Below, piece after piece: positions 18,204 through 27,858 of a stretch of 64,000 nucleotides of DNA (position 1 is the stretch's first letter; each line of letters begins with the position of its first letter). Location of the stretch: NCBI GenBank assembly GCA_964460215.1, contig CAYWQM010000007.1, positions 11,221 to 75,220 on the forward strand. Reading direction: 5' to 3'. The notes under the pieces are model-generated. The model did no database searches. It was not told where the DNA came from and saw nothing but the letters and a program-made list of their open reading frames with translations. The position numbers and the translations under genes were made by a program. This stretch comes from an uncultured Lentisphaerales bacterium (GTDB lineage Bacteria > Verrucomicrobiota > Lentisphaeria > JABSQK01 > CAJWLW01).

Positions 18204-20387
18204 ATGTGTCGATATCACCTCCCGGTATGCGCTCTCGTATTGCTGATAGCCAACCGCCTGCCTGGAGCATCGCCGCAGGTGCAGAACATGACGATCATCA
18301 CACCGGCAGCAGAACGCACGGTGATAGTTACCTATGATCTCGAGGCAGACAATGCCGCCGAAATCATTGTGGAATACACTCGCGACAACAGCGTATGGAA
18401 CACGGTGGCAGCGGATCGCCTGACCGGGGATTTCGGACTCGGCATCGCTCCCGGCACCGGACATTCGATCACCTGGGACTACTCAGACACATTCGACGGT
18501 GAAGATCAAACGCCGATCAGCCTGCGCTTGACCGCCGACGATGGTAATCTCGTAGTCACCCTGCCCGGTGCCGTCGAGATCGTCTTCCGAAAAATTGAGG
18601 CGGGTACATTCACACAAGGCTCGCCGGAGTCGGAGCCGGGGCATGAGACCGACGAATCGCCGCAGCGCGCAGTGACTGTAAGCGAGGATTTTTATATGAG
18701 CATCTACGAGATAACACAGGAACAGTGGCTCGCGCTCACGGCACCGGCTTTCGATCCACTGACCTGCGGGCAATTCCGAGACAACGACAATCCTAGCGTC
18801 TGGTGGGACGACTGCCAGCGGCCGGTCGAATCTGTCACCTGGGACGACCTCATGGGACCGGACGGTTATATTTCCCGGCTGAACGACGAGGGTCAGGGCA
18901 CCTACAGCCTACCGACCGAGGCGCAGTGGGAGTACGCCTGCCGTGCCGGCACAACAAGTGGCTTCAGCAACGGCACCGCCCCGGCTGTCACCGACGACAG
19001 TCCCGACGCCAATCTCGACCCGATCGGATGGTATCGCAGCAATACTGCTCAGCCGCAGCCGACAGGCACCCGGGCAGCGAACGCCTGGGGACTCTACGAC
19101 ATGCACGGCAACGTTTCGGAATGGTGCAAAGATATCTATGGCCTGTATGACGCCGGCGCCCAGGTCGACCCCACCGGACCGGAGACCGGAGACAACCGGG
19201 CTGTTCGCGGCGGTGGATGGCATGACACCAGTGTCATTTGCCGTTCCGCATGGCGACGCGACCTTGATCCGAGCACAGCAAACGGTGAGATTGGATTTCG
19301 CGTTGCCGGCCTGGGCACACCGGAACTCGGCATTGCAAACTCCGCAGATTTCACCGTGGATGGGAGATATTTTCTGACCGTACTCAGTGAGCACGACAGC
19401 AACGTCGAGCTCGGCGATCCGCAGTTTGCAACACGCCACACCGCCGGCGCCGTTGCGACATGGACTGTGACAAGCCCTGTTGCCGTTGCTCCGGGCGTAC
19501 AATACCTGGCAACGCCCGCAACGGACGACGTCGTCATGAACGACGACACCACAGTCGAAGTGACATGGGTGACGCAGTATCGTGTGCAGGTGGATACCGA
19601 GCTGAGCGGCAGCACCAATGTCACGGACGCCTGGTACGATGCCGGCGACGCGGTGTCGATCACGGCAGTGGCAGCGGCGGAATACAGATTCGATCATTGG
19701 GTTTTCGATGGCGATGCTGCCAACCCGATCACCGACAATCCATTGCTGTTCACTGCGGCTGTCCCGGCCAATATCACCGCTGTATTCGATTTCGATGAAA
19801 CAATCGATGTCGATGGGGACGGTCTGCCGGACGGCTGGGAACGGTTATACTTCGACCCCGTTGACCTGTCCGAGACGGCGGCAGCCGACGATCCGGACGG
19901 TGACGGGTTGAGTAATGCTGTCGAATTCGGCAATCGCACCAACCCGACGACCGGCACCCTCTGCCTGATGCCGGGCTGGAACCTGATCGCGACACCGCTG
20001 GAACCGGACATGGCAACGACAATCAACGACCAGCTTGGCAGCGCCGCGTCCAGCCCAGTGTGGCAATGGAACGGCAGCACCTATATCAACGTCAAACCAG
20101 AGTCGACGTTTGATGTCATGTTACCGACCTTCGGCTACTGGGTGTATGTGACCGGCACGCATTATGTCGAAATGCCGGGGATGCCGGTGATGGATCACAG
20201 CAAGCCGTTGGAAACCGGGTGGAATCTAGTCGGAGCAATCGGGGCCGGAACCATCGACCATGGAGATCTGTTCGTGCTGGAGCTTTGGGGCTGGACCGGT
20301 CGATACATCCCTGTCGGCCGTGTCGTCGAACCGTTCAAAGGGTATTGGCTGTACACCCCCACAGAGAGGAACATCGTATTACCATGA
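18204..20387 (+). CDS. Secreted FGE-sulfatase-like (SUMF1/DUF323) domain protein with C-terminal thrombospondin-type-3-like calcium-binding repeats.
   Basis: It has a signal peptide. The FGE-sulfatase motifs WEYACRAG, GLYDMHGNVSEWCKD and RGGGWHD are present. The repeats DVDGDGLPDGWE and DPDGDGLSNAVEFGNRTNP follow. The conserved cysteine pair of catalytic FGE is not visible. Confidence 0.8.
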   Translation: MCRYHLPVCALVLLIANRLPGASPQVQNMTIITPAAERTVIVTYDLEADNAAEIIVEYTRDNSVWNTVAADRLTGDFGLGIAPGTGHSITWDYSDTFDGEDQTPISLRLTADDGNLVVTLPGAVEIVFRKIEAGTFTQGSPESEPGHETDESPQRAVTVSEDFYMSIYEITQEQWLALTAPAFDPLTCGQFRDNDNPSVWWDDCQRPVESVTWDDLMGPDGYISRLNDEGQGTYSLPTEAQWEYACRAGTTSGFSNGTAPAVTDDSPDANLDPIGWYRSNTAQPQPTGTRAANAWGLYDMHGNVSEWCKDIYGLYDAGAQVDPTGPETGDNRAVRGGGWHDTSVICRSAWRRDLDPSTANGEIGFRVAGLGTPELGIANSADFTVDGRYFLTVLSEHDSNVELGDPQFATRHTAGAVATWTVTSPVAVAPGVQYLATPATDDVVMNDDTTVEVTWVTQYRVQVDTELSGSTNVTDAWYDAGDAVSITAVAAAEYRFDHWVFDGDAANPITDNPLLFTAAVPANITAVFDFDETIDVDGDGLPDGWERLYFDPVDLSETAAADDPDGDGLSNAVEFGNRTNPTTGTLCLMPGWNLIATPLEPDMATTINDQLGSAASSPVWQWNGSTYINVKPESTFDVMLPTFGYWVYVTGTHYVEMPGMPVMDHSKPLETGWNLVGAIGAGTIDHGDLFVLELWGWTGRYIPVGRVVEPFKGYWLYTPTERNIVLP

Positions 20388-22462
20388 AGACGTGTACCTA
20401 TACAATCACGCGCGGCCTGCTGCTGGTGACGATCATCATGCTTGCAGGCCTTGAAGCGGAAGCACAGCGCGATACCAACATCCAAACGTCCGGAGGAGCT
20501 ATTCGCCGCGTCAAAGGCGAGTACCGCCTGAACATCGGCGACCGACTGGAAATCTCTGTGCTTGGTGAGAGTGACCTGAAACGGACCGTCACCGTGTTGC
20601 CGGATGGCAAGATTGCTTACGTCTTGATCGGGCAGGTCCAGGCAGAGGGTCTGACGCTCGACGAATTGAGGAACGACGTCACGAAGCACCTCACCGAATG
20701 GTACAACAGTCCGCTGGTGAGCATCATCCCGGTGCAACTGGTGATCCAGACGTCGACAGTGACCGTCCGTGGTGGCGGCATTTCCAGCGAAAACACCTAC
20801 CAGATCGGTCTCGACGATACGATCATGAGCGTCGTTGCACGTGCCGGCGATCTCGTGTATGATTCGGCCAACCGGCCGACCGCCGACTTTTCCCGTGCCT
20901 CACTGACGCGTACCGGCAAGATCCTGGAGGTCGATTTCCGGGCGCTCCTGGTCGACAACGACACAGCACAGGACCGGGTGCTGCAGCACGGCGACACTAT
21001 TTTTATCCCGTCCCTGTCCCACAGCTACGTCACGATCGTCGGTGCCGTCGGCAAAAGCGGCCGGCAGCAGATCTCCTCCGGCATGCGCATTCTCGGTGCC
21101 CTCGGCCAGACCGACTGGCTGACCTACGATGACAAGGGGCAGTTGCGCGCCAACCTGGAAAAAGCCTACATCAAACGCGACGGCAAGCGGCTGGAGGATG
21201 TTGATTTTGTCAAACTGATCCGGGACCATTCGGAGACCTACAACATCGAACTTCAGGACGGCGATTTCATCCATCTGCCGGAAGCTGGGATCGCCGCCGG
21301 CTCTGCTTCGATCCTGGGTATCGTCAAAACTCCGGGCTCGAAATTCATCGACCAGAACGCCAAGATCATGGATCTCGTGGCAGCAGCGGGGGGGCTGATG
21401 TACGGTGCAGGCAACGAGCTTCTCGTTGACACTGAAAATGCGTATCTGTCGCGAGACGGTGTACGTGTCGAAGTTGACTTCGCGCGGCTCCTGGGGGAAA
21501 ATGACCTCACTGCCAATATCCCGATTCAGAATGGCGATCTGCTGGTGCTGCCGCCGGTTTCGGAGGGGTATGTCTCAGTCATGGGCGCCGTTGATGGCCC
21601 CGGCCGCTTGCTGCTGCACGAGGGTGACACGCTGATGGAAATCCTGACCAAGGCAGGCGGGGTGGCAATGGGCGAGAACAACGAACCCATGATCGACTAT
21701 GACAAGGCTTATCTCTTCCGGGACGGCGGTTATGTCGACGTCGATTTTGCCGCGCTCATCGGCGAGGGCAGCATGGCGGCAAACATTCCCGCGAAGAGCG
21801 GGGATTTTCTGTACCTGCCGCTGGGCCAGCTCGACTACGTGACAGTGATCGGGGCGGTAAGTGACCCGGGGCAGAAGCTCATCAATCGCGGCGATCGGGT
21901 GCTCGATATTCTGGCAAAGGCCGGCTGGGCTAAAGTTGCCGAAGATTCCGACCTCGGATTCCTCGGGGACCTGAGTTCCGCTGTGTTAATGCGTGACAAC
22001 GCCATACTCGATGTCCGGTTCGACGGTCTGCCACAGGACAAGTCACAAAACATGACAGTCATGGAAGGCGATGTCATCTACGTGCCGGAAGCAGCGCTCA
22101 AACAGGTGTTCGTCGTTGGCGAGGTGACAAACGAGCTGGCAATCCCCTTCAATCGGCCAATCACCCTGGTCGAGGCACTTACGCAGGCAGGCGGCGTAAC
22201 GACAAAGGGACGACGGGCCGGCAAGGTCTATATTGTCAAGAATTCGATGGGCGACAAGCCGGAATACATCAAGCGAGACCTGCACAATCTGTACTATGGC
22301 AAGGCTACTGAAAACATGCAGTTGGACTCCAACGATATCGTCTTCGTACCGGAAACCACGCTGAGTGTTCTCAGTCGCTACTCAGGCTATCTGAACTCGG
22401 TAATCGGTTTGATCCTGCAGGCCGACACCCTCAACAACACCGTCATCAATCCCGTGCCATAA
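20384..22462 (+). CDS. Polysaccharide export outer-membrane protein, Wza-like with multiple SLBB domains.
   Basis: It has a signal peptide and an N-terminal Poly_export-like segment (NIGDRLEISV...PDGKIAYVLIG). About six soluble-ligand-binding beta-grasp repeats follow, each ending in GD-x-(I/L/V)-x-(I/L/V)-P. The start at 20384 overlaps the upstream stop (ATGA). Confidence 0.8.
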   Translation: MKTCTYTITRGLLLVTIIMLAGLEAEAQRDTNIQTSGGAIRRVKGEYRLNIGDRLEISVLGESDLKRTVTVLPDGKIAYVLIGQVQAEGLTLDELRNDVTKHLTEWYNSPLVSIIPVQLVIQTSTVTVRGGGISSENTYQIGLDDTIMSVVARAGDLVYDSANRPTADFSRASLTRTGKILEVDFRALLVDNDTAQDRVLQHGDTIFIPSLSHSYVTIVGAVGKSGRQQISSGMRILGALGQTDWLTYDDKGQLRANLEKAYIKRDGKRLEDVDFVKLIRDHSETYNIELQDGDFIHLPEAGIAAGSASILGIVKTPGSKFIDQNAKIMDLVAAAGGLMYGAGNELLVDTENAYLSRDGVRVEVDFARLLGENDLTANIPIQNGDLLVLPPVSEGYVSVMGAVDGPGRLLLHEGDTLMEILTKAGGVAMGENNEPMIDYDKAYLFRDGGYVDVDFAALIGEGSMAANIPAKSGDFLYLPLGQLDYVTVIGAVSDPGQKLINRGDRVLDILAKAGWAKVAEDSDLGFLGDLSSAVLMRDNAILDVRFDGLPQDKSQNMTVMEGDVIYVPEAALKQVFVVGEVTNELAIPFNRPITLVEALTQAGGVTTKGRRAGKVYIVKNSMGDKPEYIKRDLHNLYYGKATENMQLDSNDIVFVPETTLSVLSRYSGYLNSVIGLILQADTLNNTVINPVP

Positions 22463-22569
22463 TGCAATGGACAGGTATACTTGCGGTTGACTTGTTGGCT
22501 TTCGTGGCTGCCGAGCAACACGCTCAAATGACAGCCTAACCCCCGGTCGGCCCACCGCACCGCGTCATC

Positions 22570-23646
22570 ATGAGCCGATATTTCACTGTTCTGATCTTTG
22601 CCTTCGTTCTCGCGACGCTGTTCACCGCGATCTGCATCTGGATCTTCCCAAGCCTGAAACTGCCGGGGCTGGTTGATCAACCAGATGAGCGAAAGATGCA
22701 TAAGAAACCGACACCGCGGATGGCGGGCATTGCGATCTACGCCGCCTTTGTCATACCGATGCTGCAGATCTGGTGGTTCTCCAATGAGCAGAAAGGTATT
22801 GTCTACGGTGGTCTGCTGGCGTTGATCATCGGGGCACTGGACGACATGTTCCGCGTCCCCGCAATAGTCAAGCTCATCACGATTTTCGGGCTTACCGTAT
22901 TGATCAGCCGTTTCGGCGTAATCACCAAGTTTCCCGCGCCCCACCCAGCGTTGTACTACTGGATGAATCTGGCCATCACGATGCTATGGATTACCGCTAT
23001 CACCAGCGCCATCAACATGCTCGATCATATAGACGGTCTCGCTGGCGGCATCTCATGCCTCGCCGCGCTGATGTATCTGCTGGTCTCGCTGCAGATCGGT
23101 ATATACACCAACGAGAACACGTTTTTCTGGGGCCTGATGTCCGCCAGCCTGATCGGCAGCCTACTCGGGTTTCTGGTGTTCAACTGGCATCCCGCGAAAA
23201 TTTTCATGGGTGACAGCGGCGCCTTTTTTCTCGGGTTCACGCTGGCTGCTGTCGGTGTGCAGGGCGAATGGTCGGAAAGCCCGCTGAAGGCAGGGATCGT
23301 TCCCGTGGCGATTCTCAGCGTCGCTATCTTCGACATGGTCTACGTCTTCGTGTCCAGATGGCTCAATGGCACCACACGAACGATTCGGAAGGCAATCGTG
23401 CACTGCGACAAGGACCACATCGGCCACCGCCTCTGCGATCTCGGATTCTCGGTGCCCCGCAGCGTTGGCTTTATCTATTTGCTTGCCGCCTGCGTCGCCT
23501 TCACGGCTTTGGCACTGCGCCATACTGAACCAATCGAGTCCGTCCTGATTTTCCTGCAGATCATTATGTTCTACATTGTCATCGTGATCTTCATGAAAAA
23601 GGCAGCCGCAAACCGGAAAGCAACGCCGGTCAATACTGCTGAATAA
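22570..23646 (+). CDS. Polyprenyl-phosphate N-acetylhexosamine-1-phosphate transferase, MraY/WecA family.
   Basis: It is a multi-transmembrane protein. The motifs are GALDDMF, NMLDHIDGLAGG and FMGDSGA. Confidence 0.85.
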   Translation: MSRYFTVLIFAFVLATLFTAICIWIFPSLKLPGLVDQPDERKMHKKPTPRMAGIAIYAAFVIPMLQIWWFSNEQKGIVYGGLLALIIGALDDMFRVPAIVKLITIFGLTVLISRFGVITKFPAPHPALYYWMNLAITMLWITAITSAINMLDHIDGLAGGISCLAALMYLLVSLQIGIYTNENTFFWGLMSASLIGSLLGFLVFNWHPAKIFMGDSGAFFLGFTLAAVGVQGEWSESPLKAGIVPVAILSVAIFDMVYVFVSRWLNGTTRTIRKAIVHCDKDHIGHRLCDLGFSVPRSVGFIYLLAACVAFTALALRHTEPIESVLIFLQIIMFYIVIVIFMKKAAANRKATPVNTAE

Positions 23647-23690
23647 CCATTACGACACTCGCCGACAATGAATCTGCCTACGGCAACATT

Positions 23691-24884
23691 ATGAAAAATG
23701 CCGGGCAACCAGGTGAAATCTGCATCCTCCATCTGATCACCCGTCTGATTCGCGGCGGTGCCCAACTCAACACGCTGTACACGGCAGCACACACCGCCAT
23801 CGACGGTTGCGAAGTGCGCAGCGTTGTCGCGACAGGCCTCGATGCCGATGCAGCCGGCGATCTTTTCGATGATGCCCGGGCATTGGGCATCGAACCGGTC
23901 ATCGTCTCTCATCTGGTGCGCCGGGGCTCTGTGTGGCACGACTCGCTGGCATTGCTGCAGCTTTGCCAACTGATCCGCCGGCTGCGACCGACAATCGTCC
24001 ACACACACACTTCGAAGGCCGGCTTCCTCGGTCGTATCGCGGCTCGCTTGATGCGGGTGCCCGTCGTCATCCACACACCGCACGGCGCCATTCACCACGG
24101 CTACTTCCCATCGGCACGCGAAGCCGGTATCTATGTCCGTCTCGAACGCCTTGTGGCCCGTCGCTGCGACGTCGCGATCTGCCTCACCGAAGGCGAGAAG
24201 CGTGATTGGGAGGCAGTAAACGTGCGGCACCCACGCGTCGAGATCATTCCCAGCGGCGTCGATATTGAGAAATTCGAAAAACCGTCGCGGCCACTGCCGG
24301 AAATTCGCCGGGATCTGGGGCTTGCGGAAGGCGGCTGCATCGTCGGTTACGTTGGGCGCCTGGTCGAGCTGAAGGGCATCGACTATATGATCCGCGCCAT
24401 GCCGGCGATCCTCGCTCAGGTACCACACACCCGGCTGCTGATCGTCGGTGACGGCGAATTCCGGCCGCAGCTCGAATCACTTGCCAGGGAACTGGGGGTC
24501 GACGAACAAACCTGCTTCGCAGGGGCCAGGGCGGACGTGCCCGATATGCTGGCAGTCATGGATGTCGCCGTGTTGCCGACTATCTGCACCGAGGCCATGG
24601 GACGCGTGCTGGTCGAAGCGGCTGCGGCCGGTAAACCGGTTGTTGCAACCCACCTCGGCGGCGTCGAGGACGTTGTCCGGCACAACGAAACAGGACTGAT
24701 CGTGGCACCGGAAGATGCCGACGCACTGGCCGACGCAACGATTGCAATCCTCACCGATGCCGAGCTGGCCAGCCGTCTTGGCGAAACCGCCAGGAAACAG
24801 GCCGACAATTTCAGCCTCGACACGATGATGCGCCAGCTCAACCGTCTGTATGGATCATTCCTGCATCCACCCGCCGGGTGCTGA
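23691..24884 (+). CDS. Glycosyltransferase family 4.
   Basis: It has the GT-B fold, with LLIVGDGEF and the E-x7-E-like region ETGLIVAPED. Confidence 0.8.
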   Translation: MKNAGQPGEICILHLITRLIRGGAQLNTLYTAAHTAIDGCEVRSVVATGLDADAAGDLFDDARALGIEPVIVSHLVRRGSVWHDSLALLQLCQLIRRLRPTIVHTHTSKAGFLGRIAARLMRVPVVIHTPHGAIHHGYFPSAREAGIYVRLERLVARRCDVAICLTEGEKRDWEAVNVRHPRVEIIPSGVDIEKFEKPSRPLPEIRRDLGLAEGGCIVGYVGRLVELKGIDYMIRAMPAILAQVPHTRLLIVGDGEFRPQLESLARELGVDEQTCFAGARADVPDMLAVMDVAVLPTICTEAMGRVLVEAAAAGKPVVATHLGGVEDVVRHNETGLIVAPEDADALADATIAILTDAELASRLGETARKQADNFSLDTMMRQLNRLYGSFLHPPAGC

Positions 24885-24889
24885 CCAGT

Positions 24890-25531
24890 TCAGTTCACCA
24901 CCGCCACGACCATGCCGTCGCCGCCGGGGTAGATCGTCGCGGTGACCCGCGCATCCGCTGCAACACGCGCCGTAAAGTCGCGCACCGCATCCGTCCCCTC
25001 GTCCGCACCGGACGGACGGACGACGCCGCCGCCACGAAAAGCGTTGTGCGCCACGATCACCGATCCCGGATGGCCATTGCTCACCGCCCATTCGTAGTAA
25101 CGCTGGTAACCGGTCTTTTCAGCATCGATGAAGACGAAGTCGTACGGTCCATCCGATGCCAGGGTCAACAGCATGTCGTGCGCATCACAGACATGGATTT
25201 TCACGCGGTCGCTGACGCCGGCGAGTTCGAAATTCCGTTGCGCCACATCGGCATGTTTCGGTTCGAGCTCGAGCGTTGTCAAACTACCCTCCGGCGGTAG
25301 TGCCCTCGCGATCCACACGCCGCTGTATCCGCCCAATGTCCCGATTTCAAGGGCTTTTCGGGCCCCGCAGGCGCGCACCAGGAAATGCAGAAACTGTCCT
25401 TCCTCCGGTCGAATACTGATCGCCGGTAATCCGTGGGCTGGCGTTTCCTCATAGATACGGTGCAGGGCATCGTCCTGCGTTGCGAACAGCCCCGTGATGT
25501 ACTCGCTGTGTTGATCGTCGTATATGGTCAT
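24890..25531 (-). CDS. Class I SAM-dependent O-methyltransferase, family 3 (caffeoyl-CoA OMT-like).
   Basis: The SAM-binding motif ALEIGTLGGYS is present. Acidic residues in VFIDAEK match the cation-dependent OMT family. Confidence 0.8.
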   Translation of the reverse strand: MTIYDDQHSEYITGLFATQDDALHRIYEETPAHGLPAISIRPEEGQFLHFLVRACGARKALEIGTLGGYSGVWIARALPPEGSLTTLELEPKHADVAQRNFELAGVSDRVKIHVCDAHDMLLTLASDGPYDFVFIDAEKTGYQRYYEWAVSNGHPGSVIVAHNAFRGGGVVRPSGADEGTDAVRDFTARVAADARVTATIYPGGDGMVVAVVN

Positions 25532-25564
25532 CGCTTGGAAATTCTCGACTGAGGTGTTGTGGTT

Positions 25565-26410
25565 TCAGGCGCTGCTGAGAGCCAGTGCCATATCGGCAAC
25601 TTGGCGCATAGCTGCCACGTCGTGCACACGGATGATGCGGGCGCCCGCACCAACGCCGAGAGCAACCGCGGCAGCCGTGCCCCAGGTCCGGGCGCCGGGA
25701 TCATCGATGCCCAGCGTTTTTCCAATGAACGATTTGCGCGACGGCCCGATCAGGATCGGACGAGCATAGCCACCGAACTCGGCCAGCCGCCCCAGCAGCA
25801 TCAGGTTCTGTTCCGCAGTTTTACTGAAACCGATGCCGGGGTCTAGACAGATATTGTCTGGAGCTACGCCCGCCGCCTTGAGATCTTCCAGGGCCCGGCC
25901 AAAATAGTCGTTCACCTCGCCGATCAGATCGTCATAATCGGTCTGAGACTGCATCGTCTGCGGCGTACCGCGCATGTGCATGACGACACAGCCGGCACCT
26001 GTATCCGCGGCCACACGCTTCATCACCGGATCACGATTGAAGCCGCTGATATCATTAATGATTACAGCGCCCGCGGCGATACTGTCGCGGGCGACCTGCG
26101 ATTTCCAGGTGTCGATGCTGACCGGGACATCCGTCTCGTTGCGAAGCCCGCAAATGACTGGGTGCACACGACCAAGTTCCTCTGCGGCACTGACCGGTTC
26201 GGCACCGGGACGAGTGGATTCTCCACCGATATCGATGATGTCCGCGCCGGCATCGATCATCGCCAGGGCATTGGCGATGGCGAGATCCGGCACAATGTTG
26301 TCGCCGCCGTCTGAGAATGAGTCCGGCGTCACATTCAGAACACCCATGACCAACACACGGCGGTCCAAATCGAATGAGTTGCTGCAACAGGTGAATTTCA
26401 TAGGCCGCAA
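25565..26410 (-). CDS. folP: Dihydropteroate synthase. The start is probably the Met at 26401.
   Basis: Pterin-binding domain motifs are present: MGVLNVTPDSFSDGG, IDIGGESTRPG and INDISG. Confidence 0.9.
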   Translation of the reverse strand: MRPMKFTCCSNSFDLDRRVLVMGVLNVTPDSFSDGGDNIVPDLAIANALAMIDAGADIIDIGGESTRPGAEPVSAAEELGRVHPVICGLRNETDVPVSIDTWKSQVARDSIAAGAVIINDISGFNRDPVMKRVAADTGAGCVVMHMRGTPQTMQSQTDYDDLIGEVNDYFGRALEDLKAAGVAPDNICLDPGIGFSKTAEQNLMLLGRLAEFGGYARPILIGPSRKSFIGKTLGIDDPGARTWGTAAAVALGVGAGARIIRVHDVAAMRQVADMALALSSA

Positions 26411-26458
26411 ACCGTAGAATAGCGTGATTCAGATCAGGAATAACTTGCCATTTGGATC

Positions 26459-27853
26459 ATGAAAAGATATACCATAAGATGTGAACCTGCACAATTTTTG
26501 AATCAAAGGAGATCACCAGCCCAGCTTATGCGAAAAAATTTCATTCTCGACACCAACGTCCTGCTGTACGATCCCAACGCAATCAACATCTTTGCCGATA
26601 ACACAGTTCTCATTCCGCTCGAGGTGATCGAGCAGCTGGACGCTATCAAGCGAGACATCACAGAGCTCGGCAACAATGCCAGGGCGGTCATCCAACAACT
26701 CGATCTGCACCGGCAGAATGCCAAGCTCGGCGAGGGCGTCCGCCTCGAAAACGGCAGCCTGCTGCGCGTTTTTGCCGGCGAATGCGAAAACATGCTGGCC
26801 AATACCGGGCTGGACCTCGACACCAGCGTTGACAACCGGATCCTCAACCTGGCCGTTTACCTCAACGAACGCGACGCCGACACGCCGACAATCATCGTCA
26901 CCAAGAGCATCAACCTGCGGCTCAAGGCCGATGCCCTCGGCATCTACGCCGAAGATTACGCCGAGCCAGACAAACATCGCCGGGAAATGGGTGTCGGATA
27001 TCACGAATTCGAGCGGGACCCCGCGGAGATCGATCAGTTTCTACGCGCCGGACACTGCATTCTCGAGCAGGAAAACGGCGCGTTGGCTCCCAACGAGTAC
27101 GTCCTGTTCAGGGCTCCGAACGGCGGCAAGGAACAGGCCCTGGGGCGCATTACGCAGGTATCGCCAACAAAAGTTTCCAAGCTGTCTGCGGCCAGTGCTG
27201 GGATTCTCGGCATCAAACCGCTCAATCTCGGGCAGTGTTTCGCACTCGACGCACTGCTCGATGAAAACATCAACCTGGTCACGCTGCTCGGCAAGGCCGG
27301 CACCGGCAAGACACTGCTTGCCGTCGCTGCCGGTCTTTTTCAGGTGGTGCAGCAAGACGTTTACCACCGCGTGATCGTCTCACGACCGACCATGCCCATG
27401 GGCCGCGATATCGGCTATATCCCGGGTGATATTCACGAGAAGATGCGGCCGTGGATGCAGCCGATCTTCGACGCCATCGAACTGATCCGTGAAATCGACC
27501 GGCGCAGCCGACGACGGTCGCTGCCACCGGACATCCTCGAGTCGGACGAAATCGGTGTGGAACCTTTGACGTATATCCGCGGGCGCAGCATTCCGCATCA
27601 GTTCATGATTATCGACGAAGCACAGAGCCTGCCGCCGCACGAGGTGAAAACCATCATCACCCGTGTCGGCCGCGGCACCAAGGTGGTGCTCACCGGGGAC
27701 CTGCACCAGATCGACACCCCGTACGTCGACGCATACTCCAACGGTTTTTCCTGTGTCATCGATCGGTTCGGCGACGAGAAGATCTCAGCGCACATCACGC
27801 TGACCAAAGGCGAACGCAGCGAGCTGGCGGAGATCGCCGCCAACCTGCTCTGA
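26459..27853 (+). CDS. PIN-domain plus PhoH-like ATPase, YlaK family. An alternative start is the Met at 26530.
   Basis: The N-terminal PIN domain begins ILDTNVLLYD. The PhoH-type P-loop is LLGKAGTGKTLLA. Confidence 0.85.
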   Translation: MKRYTIRCEPAQFLNQRRSPAQLMRKNFILDTNVLLYDPNAINIFADNTVLIPLEVIEQLDAIKRDITELGNNARAVIQQLDLHRQNAKLGEGVRLENGSLLRVFAGECENMLANTGLDLDTSVDNRILNLAVYLNERDADTPTIIVTKSINLRLKADALGIYAEDYAEPDKHRREMGVGYHEFERDPAEIDQFLRAGHCILEQENGALAPNEYVLFRAPNGGKEQALGRITQVSPTKVSKLSAASAGILGIKPLNLGQCFALDALLDENINLVTLLGKAGTGKTLLAVAAGLFQVVQQDVYHRVIVSRPTMPMGRDIGYIPGDIHEKMRPWMQPIFDAIELIREIDRRSRRRSLPPDILESDEIGVEPLTYIRGRSIPHQFMIIDEAQSLPPHEVKTIITRVGRGTKVVLTGDLHQIDTPYVDAYSNGFSCVIDRFGDEKISAHITLTKGERSELAEIAANLL

Positions 27854-27858
27854 CCCTT

